DNA from: an uncultured Desulfovibrionaceae bacterium
Lineage (GTDB): Bacteria > Desulfobacterota > Desulfovibrionia > Desulfovibrionales > Desulfovibrionaceae
Direction of reading: 5' to 3'
NCBI GenBank assembly: GCA_964369675.1
Contig: CAYJHE010000001.1
Span: 1-54,958 of the forward strand
Length of the DNA stretch: 54,958 bases
A program made the position numbers and the translations under genes. Positions 36,430 to 45,543 of this stretch are shown one piece after another. Within the stretch, counting starts at the first letter, position 1, and the number at the start of each line of letters is the position of its first letter. A model generated the notes under the pieces. The model did not search any database. It saw only the letters and a list, made by a program, of their open reading frames with translations, and had not been told where the DNA came from.

Positions 36430-37581
36430 TTAGATTTCAAACATGTCATGTGTTTTTGGAGCAAAGATTTCCATTGCCACATCTCTGTGGTAACGGCCTT
36501 GTTCTTTTGCAACTGTGAACAATTCTTTAATGTTCGCACGACATACTTTTTCAATATCATCACAAACATCTTGATTTGTTGGGTTTTTAAGAATGCCGAA
36601 GATAACAGCATCATAACCACGGATAGCACCTAAGTTAGCTAAGAAGTCAACACCGATGTTCACGCCTTTTTTCTTCAAGATTTCGTCAGCTTCAGGAGTT
36701 GTGCAGATGTTTGCAGCTTCAACAATGAGGCTTGCTGTTACTTTGTCAGCTGTGTCTTTATTGATAACATCTTCTAAAGCAGCAGGAACTAAGATATCGC
36801 AATCAACATCTAACCATTCTGTGTTCTTTCTTACAATATAATTATCTTTGAAAGAATCTTTATTGAGTTCGCCGTATTTTACGTTACGAGTTTTTACTAA
36901 TTCATCAATATCAAGGCCGTCTTGGCATTCAACACAAAGGTTAGCATCAGAAATGCCAACAACTGTGTAGCCATATTCAACCATCTTCTTAGCGCATGAA
37001 GTTCCAACAGCGCCAAAGCCTTGAATCATAACTCTACCTTTTTTCTCAGGATTGTTAAATTTCCAAGCTTCATCAGCTGTGTAAGCAACGCCATAACCAG
37101 TGATAACATTGCCTAATGTAAACTCATCCATAGCTGAATCTAACATAAGGTTATATTTTCTCATATTTTCAATGATTTCTGGTTTTGTTTTCATTGTCTT
37201 AGTAAGTGGAATTTCTCTGCCGTATTTAGCAAAGATCTTACGAGTTGTCGCGTAAGAAACACCTAAATCACCGCCAAGAGAAACACCCTTATCGATAACT
37301 GGCATCATAGCAACTAAGAAACGCTCTAAAACAGCTTCTGCATCAGCAGCTTTATAGTCATAGCGGATACCGCCCTTACAGCCGCCTGTCATTTGAGTTT
37401 TACCTGCTTCATACTTCCAGCCCATAACAGTTGCAAGACGAATAACTTCTTCTTTTGTTACAGTTGGGTGCATACGAATACCACCGCCTGTGTGGCCTTT
37501 TACAGTATTGTAAATACATACCCAGCCAGTTGCTTCTGATTCTGTGTCTGCCCATTCTAAGACAAGATAAGGTTTTCTCAT
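36430..37581 (-). CDS. Glu/Leu/Phe/Val-type amino-acid dehydrogenase (short form, 383 aa)
   Basis: Catalytic-Lys glycine-rich motif MTGGCKGGI and an NAD(P) Rossmann motif IQGFGAVG. The size is closer to Leu/Phe/Val dehydrogenases than to 450-aa GDH. Confidence 0.8.
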   Translation of the reverse strand: MRKPYLVLEWADTESEATGWVCIYNTVKGHTGGGIRMHPTVTKEEVIRLATVMGWKYEAGKTQMTGGCKGGIRYDYKAADAEAVLERFLVAMMPVIDKGVSLGGDLGVSYATTRKIFAKYGREIPLTKTMKTKPEIIENMRKYNLMLDSAMDEFTLGNVITGYGVAYTADEAWKFNNPEKKGRVMIQGFGAVGTSCAKKMVEYGYTVVGISDANLCVECQDGLDIDELVKTRNVKYGELNKDSFKDNYIVRKNTEWLDVDCDILVPAALEDVINKDTADKVTASLIVEAANICTTPEADEILKKKGVNIGVDFLANLGAIRGYDAVIFGILKNPTNQDVCDDIEKVCRANIKELFTVAKEQGRYHRDVAMEIFAPKTHDMFEI

Positions 37582-38106
37582 TATTGTTTCTCCTTCAAAA
37601 AAAAATGTATATGTTTTTATTATGCACGGGCAAAAGCCTTTGACAACAAATAAAATAAAATTTTATTTACATTTTTTTTGCTTTTTACTATAAGTCACTT
37701 ATATTTCTCAATTTTTATTTTTACCTTTTCTTCACAGGTTCAGAATGTTGGAACGAGTTTTTACTCATCTTGTTTGAGTGCTCAATGATTTTTTTTCAAT
37801 CATTTCAAAGAGATTTGACTTCATTTTTTATCTCAAGTCACTATATATAATAAAAAAACAATTATGTGCATAATTACACAAGCATTCCTTTCTCATCTTT
37901 ATTGACATTTTCTTTTTTTCTATGCTAGTATAAGAAAAAAATGTATATGTATTAATTCAAATTTTTAAGTTAAATATAAAAACAACTATATATTTATCTC
38001 ACCGAATTAATAAGCTTTTATAGCCATCCTAACCAGTTTTTCCTTTTTGAAATTCTTGCACTTTTTTGCGTGCTTTTCATTATAAGGAAAACACTATGAG
38101 GTAATC

Positions 38107-39501
38107 ATGGACTTTAATGCATATACAGTTTTAGCTGACTTTGGCTTAGTGAGTCTGCTTTTATTTATTGCCACTTTTTTAAGATCTAAGATCACAATTT
38201 TTCAAAGAATATTCATGCCTGCATCTTTAATTGCAGGCTTGCTTGGACTTTTACTCAGCCAACAAATACTTGGTATTATCACTTTTTCGCCTAAGGCTAG
38301 CTCTTATAGCTATCTGCTTATAATACTTATGTTTGCCAGCCTTAGAATAGGACATTCTGAAAAGCGCACACAAGTAAAAACAGCTTTGAAACAATGTTTA
38401 GACACAACTGCACTCAGTGCGGCTATGTCTTTTTTTCAATTTGGCTTTGCTATTGTTATTGGCGGAACCTTGCTTTCTCCCTTCATAAAGGATATCTCCT
38501 ATATGTTTGCAACACTTATGCCTGCTGGTTTTATGGGCGGACATGGTTATGCTGTTACTGTAGGTGAGATATATGTTGTGAACAACGGCTTTGAAGACGC
38601 ACTTGATGTAGGAATAACCTTTGCTACTTTTGGTCTCTTACTTGGTGTTTTTATTGGTGTTTTTCTTATCAATATTGGTGTAAGAAAGGGCTGGACACGC
38701 TTTGTACCTTCACTCAATTTCAATAATCTTTCTCTTTCACTGCGCACAGGGCTTTTATCTGAAAAAGAACAAGTAGCCCTTGGCAAGGAAAAAACAAATT
38801 CCATGGTGATCGATTCACTTGCATGGACTTTATCCTCTATTGTTATGGTAGGTGCAGCTGCACATTATTCCGCTGAATGGGTGACAGCAAAATTTGCAAT
38901 AAATCTGCCTACTATTGTTATTGCTATGCTTTATGGCCTTATTTTACAATGGTTTTTAGACAAATTTCCTTTAGGAAAACAAATAGATAAGAAAACTGTA
39001 CAGCACATCGGTGGCTCACTTGTGGACTATCTTGTTGCCTTTTCTATAGCCACACTAAACCTCTCAGTTATCATCACTTACGCAATTCCTTTGCTCATTC
39101 TCACAAGTTTTGGCATAGTCTTTATCCTTTTCTTTTTCTACTTCATTGCACGCCCGCTTTTTAATTCCTACTGGTTTGAGCGTTCAATATTTATACTTGG
39201 CTGGTCTTTTGGCATTCTTGCCATTGCAGTTACCCTGCTTCGTATTGTTGACCCAGACTTTAAAAGCGACACGCTTTCAGACTATGCCACAGCTTATACG
39301 CTCGTGAGTTTTACAGATCTTATCAATATCACACTTGTACCTCTCTTAATAGCACAAGGTTTTGGCATATCTGTTGGCTTTGCACTCATTGCCGCAGGAC
39401 TTCTATGTTGTTATGCAGTATATAGGGTTTTTGGTATTCAGAAAATCCCAAATAATATGCCAAGGGCTGGCGAAGCTTTGATTGCAAGAAAATATAATTA
39501 A
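38107..39501 (+). CDS. gltS: sodium/glutamate symporter-like permease (GltS family)
   Basis: 464-aa polytopic protein. The N-terminal pattern (…LVSLLLFIATFLRSKITIFQRIFMPASLIAGLLGL…) resembles GltS. Assigned from memory of the family. Confidence 0.55.
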   Translation: MDFNAYTVLADFGLVSLLLFIATFLRSKITIFQRIFMPASLIAGLLGLLLSQQILGIITFSPKASSYSYLLIILMFASLRIGHSEKRTQVKTALKQCLDTTALSAAMSFFQFGFAIVIGGTLLSPFIKDISYMFATLMPAGFMGGHGYAVTVGEIYVVNNGFEDALDVGITFATFGLLLGVFIGVFLINIGVRKGWTRFVPSLNFNNLSLSLRTGLLSEKEQVALGKEKTNSMVIDSLAWTLSSIVMVGAAAHYSAEWVTAKFAINLPTIVIAMLYGLILQWFLDKFPLGKQIDKKTVQHIGGSLVDYLVAFSIATLNLSVIITYAIPLLILTSFGIVFILFFFYFIARPLFNSYWFERSIFILGWSFGILAIAVTLLRIVDPDFKSDTLSDYATAYTLVSFTDLINITLVPLLIAQGFGISVGFALIAAGLLCCYAVYRVFGIQKIPNNMPRAGEALIARKYN

Positions 39502-39627
39502 GCTGTATTTAGAGCATTTTTAAAAAAAGATGATAAATATACTTGGGGAAAGTTTAGCCTTTCCCCAAAGCCTTACATACCGCATTCGCTTTGCCAGAAT
39601 GCGAATTTTTCATTTAATAATAAAAAA

Positions 39628-39647
39628 AGCACTTATTTCTAAGTGCT
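39628..39647. terminator. bidirectional terminator hairpin (copy 2 of the repeated module)
   Basis: Same AGCACTTA-TTTC-TAAGTGCT hairpin with the same A/T flanks as at 12649-12668. It is preceded by two further hairpins (39543-39568 and 39581-39603). Confidence 0.65.
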
Positions 39648-39660
39648 TATTTCATTTAAG

Positions 39661-39736
39661 TGGCTCCCCGAGACGGTCTTGAACCGCCAACCTAGTGATT
39701 AACAGTCACCCGCTCTGCCGATTGAGCTATCGGGGA
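39661..39736 (-). tRNA. tRNA-Asn: tRNA-Asn (anticodon GTT), CCA encoded
   Basis: The minus strand reads TCCCCGATAGCTCAATCGGCAGAGCGGGTGACTGTTAATCACTAGGTTGGCGGTTCAAGACCGTCTCGGGGAGCCA. It folds into a cloverleaf with a 7-bp acceptor stem, a GTTCAAG T-loop and the anticodon loop CTGTTAA. Confidence 0.95.
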
Positions 39737-39773
39737 ACAGAGACAAAAAGCTAGTTTTTGTGTCGTGAAAAGA

Positions 39774-39802
39774 AATGTATAAAAATTCTCCAAGCTTGTC
39801 AA
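39774..39802 (-). promoter_or_regulatory. sigma-70-type promoter for tRNA-Asn
   Basis: The minus strand reads TTGACA-N17-TACATT, about 35 nt upstream of the mature tRNA 5' end. Confidence 0.5.
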
Positions 39803-39976
39803 GTAAATCTTAAGCACAAATTAAAAAAACATAAATTCCTCTTACAAACTCTCCTACAGCCCTTGTGAGAGAAGAAGTCTTTACTCTCAGGCGTGCTTTT
39901 TACTTGCTAAATGAAAATAAGTGGCTTATTCTTTTTATAGCATATTGATTTGTTACACACATTTTAGGAAATAAGC

Positions 39977-41947
39977 ATGGAAAACAATCAGAATAACACA
40001 AAAGAAAGAAAATTTTTTGATCCAAAATGGTATTTACAGCAAAACCCTGAATTAAATGAAAGGGATATAGCTTTAGTTGAACATTTTCTTGCCATAGGTT
40101 GGAAGGAAGGCAGATGCCCAAGCCCCTATTTTGATATGAAAGCCTATTTACAAAAGCATCCTGAAATACTGCCTATTAGTATGAATCCCCTCATACACAT
40201 GGCTTATTTAGCAAGCAATGTGACAAAATCTGAATTAGTTTTTCACAAAGACGCGCTTGAGATAGAAAAAGAATATATCCCTTTAGAAAAAAAGCCCATG
40301 CAAAGAGTGGTTGTTTTTGCTTCGCTACAGTACGGTTCAAAGATTCCCGATTATGAGATATATTATTTACAAAAATTAAAAGAAATCTCAGATGCCATTA
40401 TCTATATTTCAGATAGCCCTATCCTTCCAAAAGAATTTGAGAAATTAGCTGCCTTAGTCAACTATGCTTCTTGTAAAAGGCACAACAAATACGACTTTGG
40501 TTCTTACCAGCAAGGCATTGAATATATTAAAGAAAAAATAGGTTTAGACCAAGTTGAGCAATTGATTCTGTGCAACAATTCTTGTGTTGCTCCATTTTTT
40601 GAATTTAATGAATTTTTTGATACTATGCAGGCAAAAAAGGTGGACTTTTGGTCTGCAAGTTCAAACCAAACACCAGTAGCGCACTTGCAGTCTTATTTCT
40701 TGGTTTTTAACCATAATGTCATAAACAGCTCTGCTTTTATTGATTTTTTTGCAAACATACAAGAAGAAAAAACAAGACTTGAAGTTATTTTAAAATACGA
40801 AGTAAGGCTTACTGAAAAGCTAGAAAAAGCAGGCTTTGTGTGTGATGCCTTTGTCAATGGCTTGAAAGCAGAACAAAGCAAGGCTCTTGGCTTTAAACAC
40901 GAAGATGTAACAACCTACCCTTGCCACTTATTGCAAAAAAAGCTTCCCTTTGTGAAGATGACTTTCTTGCTTAATCCTTCCAATAATTTTGATGGCTTAG
41001 AGAATACTTTAGATTTGATGACCTCTTGTAATGCCGAACTTGCTACATTGGCAAAAAAGCACATAGGAAAACATACTATCAATAAAAACAATTGGTTCAG
41101 ACAAATTCCTAGTGCAGATATTTTGCAAGAAGAAAGAAGAAAGCGTTTTATGCAATTCAAGGTCGAAGTCATTCAAGCAATGGAAGAAGAAGAGCTTGAA
41201 ATAAGACAAAAAGAAGCCATGATTGCAGCGCAAAACCGCATTGCCAGGGAATCACAAACAGTACATAAGTATCTTGATGGTCTCAATGGCATAGAAATAG
41301 GCGCTTCAAGTCAAAATCCTTTTGGGCTTGAGAAAACAGGCGCGTATCTAAACGTGGATTTTAAGGCTAGTCATGGCACACATTGGCAAACAAATAAAAC
41401 TCTTGAGCCTGCAAAGGTGCATGTTGTAGCTTCTGGAGACAATCTTCCTTTTAAAGACGAAAGCTTTGATTATGTTGTCAATTCACATGTAGTAGAACAC
41501 TTTTTTGACCCAATCAAGACAATAAAAGAATGGTTTAGAGTAATAAAAAAAGGCTCATACCTTATTATGATTGTTCCACACAAAGAAAGAACCTACGACA
41601 GATTGCGCCCTATAACTTCTGTGCAAGAACTGCTTGACAGACACAGCGGCAAATTGACATACGAAAGTTATGCTGCTATCGGCTATGAAAAGTATAATAA
41701 AGACCCAAGCATGCAATTAGAATTGCACGACTTACCGCCTGATTTACTTATACAAATAGAAGATGGAATAATTCCTGATGGCTATCTTTCTGTGCACGAA
41801 AGAGAAGAAATACTCTATTCGCATTGGTCTGTTTGGGATACTGAGGCCTTTGTTGAGATGTGCAAGGCAATGCAGTGGAATATTATAGAAGTTCAAGACT
41901 TTGATGACAAGGTAGGCAATGGCTTTTTAATTGTTTTACAAAAATAA
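39977..41947 (+). CDS. two-domain envelope-polysaccharide protein: N-terminal glycosyltransferase-like (RgpF / LPS-biosynthesis-type) region + C-terminal class I SAM methyltransferase
   Basis: The C-terminal segment …VASGDNLPFKDESFDYVVNSHVVEHFFDP…IKKGSYLIMIVP is Methyltransf_11-like. The N-terminal assignment is by general resemblance only. Confidence 0.45.
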   Translation: MENNQNNTKERKFFDPKWYLQQNPELNERDIALVEHFLAIGWKEGRCPSPYFDMKAYLQKHPEILPISMNPLIHMAYLASNVTKSELVFHKDALEIEKEYIPLEKKPMQRVVVFASLQYGSKIPDYEIYYLQKLKEISDAIIYISDSPILPKEFEKLAALVNYASCKRHNKYDFGSYQQGIEYIKEKIGLDQVEQLILCNNSCVAPFFEFNEFFDTMQAKKVDFWSASSNQTPVAHLQSYFLVFNHNVINSSAFIDFFANIQEEKTRLEVILKYEVRLTEKLEKAGFVCDAFVNGLKAEQSKALGFKHEDVTTYPCHLLQKKLPFVKMTFLLNPSNNFDGLENTLDLMTSCNAELATLAKKHIGKHTINKNNWFRQIPSADILQEERRKRFMQFKVEVIQAMEEEELEIRQKEAMIAAQNRIARESQTVHKYLDGLNGIEIGASSQNPFGLEKTGAYLNVDFKASHGTHWQTNKTLEPAKVHVVASGDNLPFKDESFDYVVNSHVVEHFFDPIKTIKEWFRVIKKGSYLIMIVPHKERTYDRLRPITSVQELLDRHSGKLTYESYAAIGYEKYNKDPSMQLELHDLPPDLLIQIEDGIIPDGYLSVHEREEILYSHWSVWDTEAFVEMCKAMQWNIIEVQDFDDKVGNGFLIVLQK

Positions 41948-42054
41948 AGATAAAAGCCACAAAAAAGCAACAAAAATGAAACAAGAGAGTAACATATAAA
42001 GCATTATCTATAGGAAAAGAAAACTTTTATAAATACAAATTTCAAACAAAGGAA

Positions 42055-42606
42055 GTGCGTATGAATATTTTGTATAGTTCTTTTTCTTCGATGCAGAAAG
42101 CGGAATTTTCTTTTTTGTGGTACATACAAAATAGAATGAGAACGCGAAGTCTCGACCTAATCATGTCCTTTTTTACCTTTTTAGGTGACCTCGGTTTTAT
42201 TTGGTTTATGCTTGCAATATATTTATTTTTAGAGCCTGAAACACTGATTATAGCCAAAAGTATTGCCCTTTCACTTGTTGTGCATGTACTCATTTGCAAT
42301 TGCATACTAAAAAAAATCTTTGCAAGACAAAGACCAAACTTAAAGCGAAGGGGGCGAAACTTTGCTATAGAATATAAAGATTCTTCCTTCCCCTCTGGCC
42401 ACACCTGTTCCTCATTTATAGTGGTGACAATACTTTATCTTTTTTCAAGTCCCCTACTTTTTCTTGGATTGCCTATTGCTTATGCGATAGGCTTTTCTCG
42501 TTTGTATCTCGGAGCACACTACCCAAGCGATGTTATTGCAGGCGCGCTTATCGGTTCTGGCATAGGTTATTATGTATACAAATTTTCCTTGGTGCTTTTT
42601 ATATGA
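42055..42606 (+). CDS. PAP2-family lipid phosphatase
   Basis: The three PAP2 motifs are present: KKIFARQRP, PSGH and SRLYLGAHYPSDV. Confidence 0.8.
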   Translation: MRMNILYSSFSSMQKAEFSFLWYIQNRMRTRSLDLIMSFFTFLGDLGFIWFMLAIYLFLEPETLIIAKSIALSLVVHVLICNCILKKIFARQRPNLKRRGRNFAIEYKDSSFPSGHTCSSFIVVTILYLFSSPLLFLGLPIAYAIGFSRLYLGAHYPSDVIAGALIGSGIGYYVYKFSLVLFI

Positions 42607-43745
42607 AAATACTCCTACTCTCAGAACTCTACTTACCTATTATAAACGGCGTTGTCACCTCAACTTCAACACTTTGCAAGGCATTAGAAGACGAAGGGCA
42701 TGAAGTGAAAGTGCTTTCACTTGCTAATAAACAGTTAATTAAAGAAAATACTTTTTATAATGAAGCCTTTAGCCTTGAAGCTATTTATCCAAACGCCTTT
42801 GCCACACTCAAACTTGATAAGCAAATTTATAAAGAAATCATCACATGGAATCCCGATATTTTGCATACACAAAGTGAATTTTCTACTATGCTTTTTGCAA
42901 AGAAAATTGCCAAAAAGCTCAATATTCCTATTGTTCACACCTACCACACTTCTTATGAAGATTATGTACACTATCTTTTTTTGCCAAAAATACTTGGCAA
43001 GAAATTAGTAGCCTCACTGTTAAAAAAATTACTAAAAAATGTGACGCATATCATTACCCCAACAAAGAAGATAAGGAAGATGCTCAAACTTTACGGAATT
43101 AAAAATACTATTTCTGTTATCCCAACAGGAATAGAGCTTGATTTTCCAATCTTAGCACAAAATAAAAAAAACAAATTAAAGCAAGAACTTGGCATTTCAG
43201 AAGAAAAGAAAATTCTCCTCTTTCTTGGCAGAATAGCAAAGGAAAAAAACATAGAAAGTTTGATAGAATACATAGCTCAAATAAAAAATGAAAACTATTT
43301 CTTACTCATAGCAGGTGATGGTCCGCACAGACAGGAACTTGAAAAAAAAGCAAAGGAGTTAAAAATCCAAGAAAGAGTTCTTTTTGCTGGCATGATTCCA
43401 CGCGAAAAAGTTTATACCTACTATCAACTTGCTGATGTCTTTGTAAGTGCTTCAACAAGCGAAACTCAGGGACTTACCTACATAGAAGCCCTTGCCAATG
43501 CAAGACCTCTTCTGTGCCAATACGATACCTGCCTTGATAATGTACTTATTCCTCATAAAAACGGCTATTTCTTCAAAAACTTTGAAGAATTTGAAAATAG
43601 GGCAAATGAATTATTTGAAGAAAGTAGATATGTAAAGATGCAGACTTTTGCAAAAGAATCTGTGCAGCATTTAAGCAAGAAAAACTTTGCTAAATCTGTT
43701 TTAGATGTGTATGAAAGAGCGATAAAGAAAAAAAAATCTGCATAA
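42603..43745 (+). CDS. GT4-family glycosyltransferase
   Basis: MKILLLSELYLPIINGV N-terminus and the EX7E motif (ETQGLTYIEA). Its start overlaps the PAP2 stop by 4 nt. Confidence 0.85.
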   Translation: MKILLLSELYLPIINGVVTSTSTLCKALEDEGHEVKVLSLANKQLIKENTFYNEAFSLEAIYPNAFATLKLDKQIYKEIITWNPDILHTQSEFSTMLFAKKIAKKLNIPIVHTYHTSYEDYVHYLFLPKILGKKLVASLLKKLLKNVTHIITPTKKIRKMLKLYGIKNTISVIPTGIELDFPILAQNKKNKLKQELGISEEKKILLFLGRIAKEKNIESLIEYIAQIKNENYFLLIAGDGPHRQELEKKAKELKIQERVLFAGMIPREKVYTYYQLADVFVSASTSETQGLTYIEALANARPLLCQYDTCLDNVLIPHKNGYFFKNFEEFENRANELFEESRYVKMQTFAKESVQHLSKKNFAKSVLDVYERAIKKKKSA

Positions 43746-43763
43746 CGATGTATGCAGATTTTT
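43735..43763 (+). terminator. intrinsic terminator after the GT4 gene
   Basis: AATCTGCATA-(6 nt)-TATGCAGATT followed by TTT. The left arm overlaps the stop codon. Confidence 0.6.
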
Positions 43764-43829
43764 AGAGAGGGGTGAATGTAGAAATTTGTTTTATGACATC
43801 TTAAATTTTTTTAAATGCTCCAAAAAATC

Positions 43830-44051
43830 TTATAATACAAGCACTATTCTTTGCACATTATTCTCAATATCTTCAACTTCTACCTTCCATTCGTGTTTTC
43901 TTGCTGCTCGTGTGATATTTTCAAAACTGGCTTCATTGTCAACAATAATGTGAAGTGGGCTTGTATCTTTTGCTGTGATATATGAGTTAACCATTAATAA
44001 AGGTTGTGGGCAAGAAAGGCCTCTTGTGTCTATAGTTGTAATTGCTGTCAT
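43830..44051 (-). CDS. TusA/SirA/YedF-family sulfurtransferase-like protein
   Basis: 73 aa with the family's conserved CPxP motif near the N-terminus (DTRGLSCPQPLL). Confidence 0.8.
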   Translation of the reverse strand: MTAITTIDTRGLSCPQPLLMVNSYITAKDTSPLHIIVDNEASFENITRAARKHEWKVEVEDIENNVQRIVLVL

Positions 44052-44055
44052 AAGT

Positions 44056-45144
44056 CTATCCTTTTCTTAAATAGGTAAAAGCGATTATCAAACAAAGTGC
44101 AAGTGAAATAAGCACAGCTGGAATGGAATAATTGCCTATACCAGTGCCACTTGCAGCCACTTGAAAGTTGTGCGCCATAGCTGTGCCAAGAAATGCGCCA
44201 AAAACAAAGACAGTGGCGTCATTATTTCCTTCGGCAGAAGCAACCAATTGCCTTGCAGGACAACCACCTGCAAGCACCAAGGCAAGCCCTACAACAAGCA
44301 TGGACAAGAAGTTCCACACTCCGTCACTATGCGCTACAGGCTGATTTTCAAAACCAAGATGAAAAGCTCCTACTATTAAATTGCCCACGAATATAGCAAG
44401 AAAGAAAAAAGCTAAGCCTATGAAAAGATGAAAGTATTTGAATAAGAAAATATCTCTAAGACCGCCTACAGTACAGAATCTGCTTCTTTGTGCAACAAAG
44501 CCAATAAATATGGCTATAGCCAAAGAAATAAACATGGGCGCATGCATAGAGCCAGGCCCTGAAATGGAATAAAAGATTATGTTATTTGCCGCCTTTCCCT
44601 CTTCTTGAGGGAAAGCAAAGTATAAGAGCAAGAGGCCAAGCATAAGTAAAGGCATAAGGTAGGCTGAAAAAGCCCTTTGATCGGTATTTCTGCCAAGGTC
44701 AAAACCTTTTTTAAAGAACAAACCGCCAATATACACACCGACAGTAAGCCCCGCAAAGCCAACAAGCGCGTTCAAATCACCACCTGCAAGGCGAATTACA
44801 GCCCTCCAAGGGCAGCCTAAGAAAACCAAAGCACAAATAGCTGCCATAAAACCTAAGGCAAAACGAATAGCAGGCGAAGAACCGCCTTTGGATTTGAAAT
44901 CTTTAAAAAGAACAGAAGCTAAAAAGGCGCCAAAAACTAGTCCCATAATTTCAGGACGAAGATATTGTACAATTGAAGCTCTGTGTAAACCCACTGCGCC
45001 GGCTATGTCGCGCTCAAAACAATAGGCGCAAAAGCCCATATTTGGGGGATTTCCTAAGTATTGTAAAACAACAACACACATACCAATAAGCGCGCCAGTG
45101 ATTGCAATGCCAGCAGTGCTTGAAAAGAAATTATTTTTAAACAT
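44056..45144 (-). CDS. yeeE: YeeE/YedE-family membrane protein (thiosulfate / sulfur- or selenium-compound transporter)
   Basis: 362 aa with about 9-10 TM segments and conserved Cys-containing segments (…FCAYCF…, …LGCPWR…, …RFCTVGG…, …GGCPARQ…) typical of the two 'sulphur transport' repeats. It lies directly upstream of the TusA-like gene. Confidence 0.85.
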   Translation of the reverse strand: MFKNNFFSSTAGIAITGALIGMCVVVLQYLGNPPNMGFCAYCFERDIAGAVGLHRASIVQYLRPEIMGLVFGAFLASVLFKDFKSKGGSSPAIRFALGFMAAICALVFLGCPWRAVIRLAGGDLNALVGFAGLTVGVYIGGLFFKKGFDLGRNTDQRAFSAYLMPLLMLGLLLLYFAFPQEEGKAANNIIFYSISGPGSMHAPMFISLAIAIFIGFVAQRSRFCTVGGLRDIFLFKYFHLFIGLAFFFLAIFVGNLIVGAFHLGFENQPVAHSDGVWNFLSMLVVGLALVLAGGCPARQLVASAEGNNDATVFVFGAFLGTAMAHNFQVAASGTGIGNYSIPAVLISLALCLIIAFTYLRKG

Positions 45145-45543
45145 ATATATCCTTGTTTTTAAAATTAAATAAAAAAACCTGTCTTAAACAGGCTTAGCAA
45201 GGATATTTGTAGACAGAAGTTATATAATTCTATCAACAAAAGAGCATTTCAAATTTTCATTTAAATACCCTAATTTATAAGAAAAAGCTTATGATGAAAA
45301 TTTTACTCAGCGCACACATTCAAGATTATATCTTGAAAAATGCCAAACCTGCGAGACAACACCACCTGTGTGCCATGCAAAGCTTGTCAAGTAAAATGAT
45401 TAATCATAATGCCTCCTTATAAAGAGAGTATAATTTAAAGAAAAAGCTTTGTCAATTTTCACATCTCATAATTTTTCTTGTGTCTTTTTGCCATTCAGTA
45501 TATGAATCTTTTGTCAGTTTAACAAAGATTTTAAGGAATATAT

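Noticed and set aside
42042-42404. 120-aa minus-strand ORF opposite the PAP2 gene.
   Set aside because: The + strand PAP2 ORF carries all three PAP2 motifs. The antisense ORF has none.
45387-45407. Mini-ORF MINHFT-TGA on the minus strand with a strong SD (AAGGAGG). If the TGA is read through, the frame continues for 41 more codons.
   Set aside because: The continuation looks non-protein-like, I saw no SECIS-like hairpin, and Sec at codon 7 is implausible. I kept it only as a possible leader peptide in the yeeE 5' region.
45291-45422. 43-aa + strand ORF (MMKILLSAHIQDYILKNAKPARQHH…).
   Set aside because: It has no SD and no motif, and it overlaps the palindromic ATGATTAATCAT / SD region better explained on the other strand.
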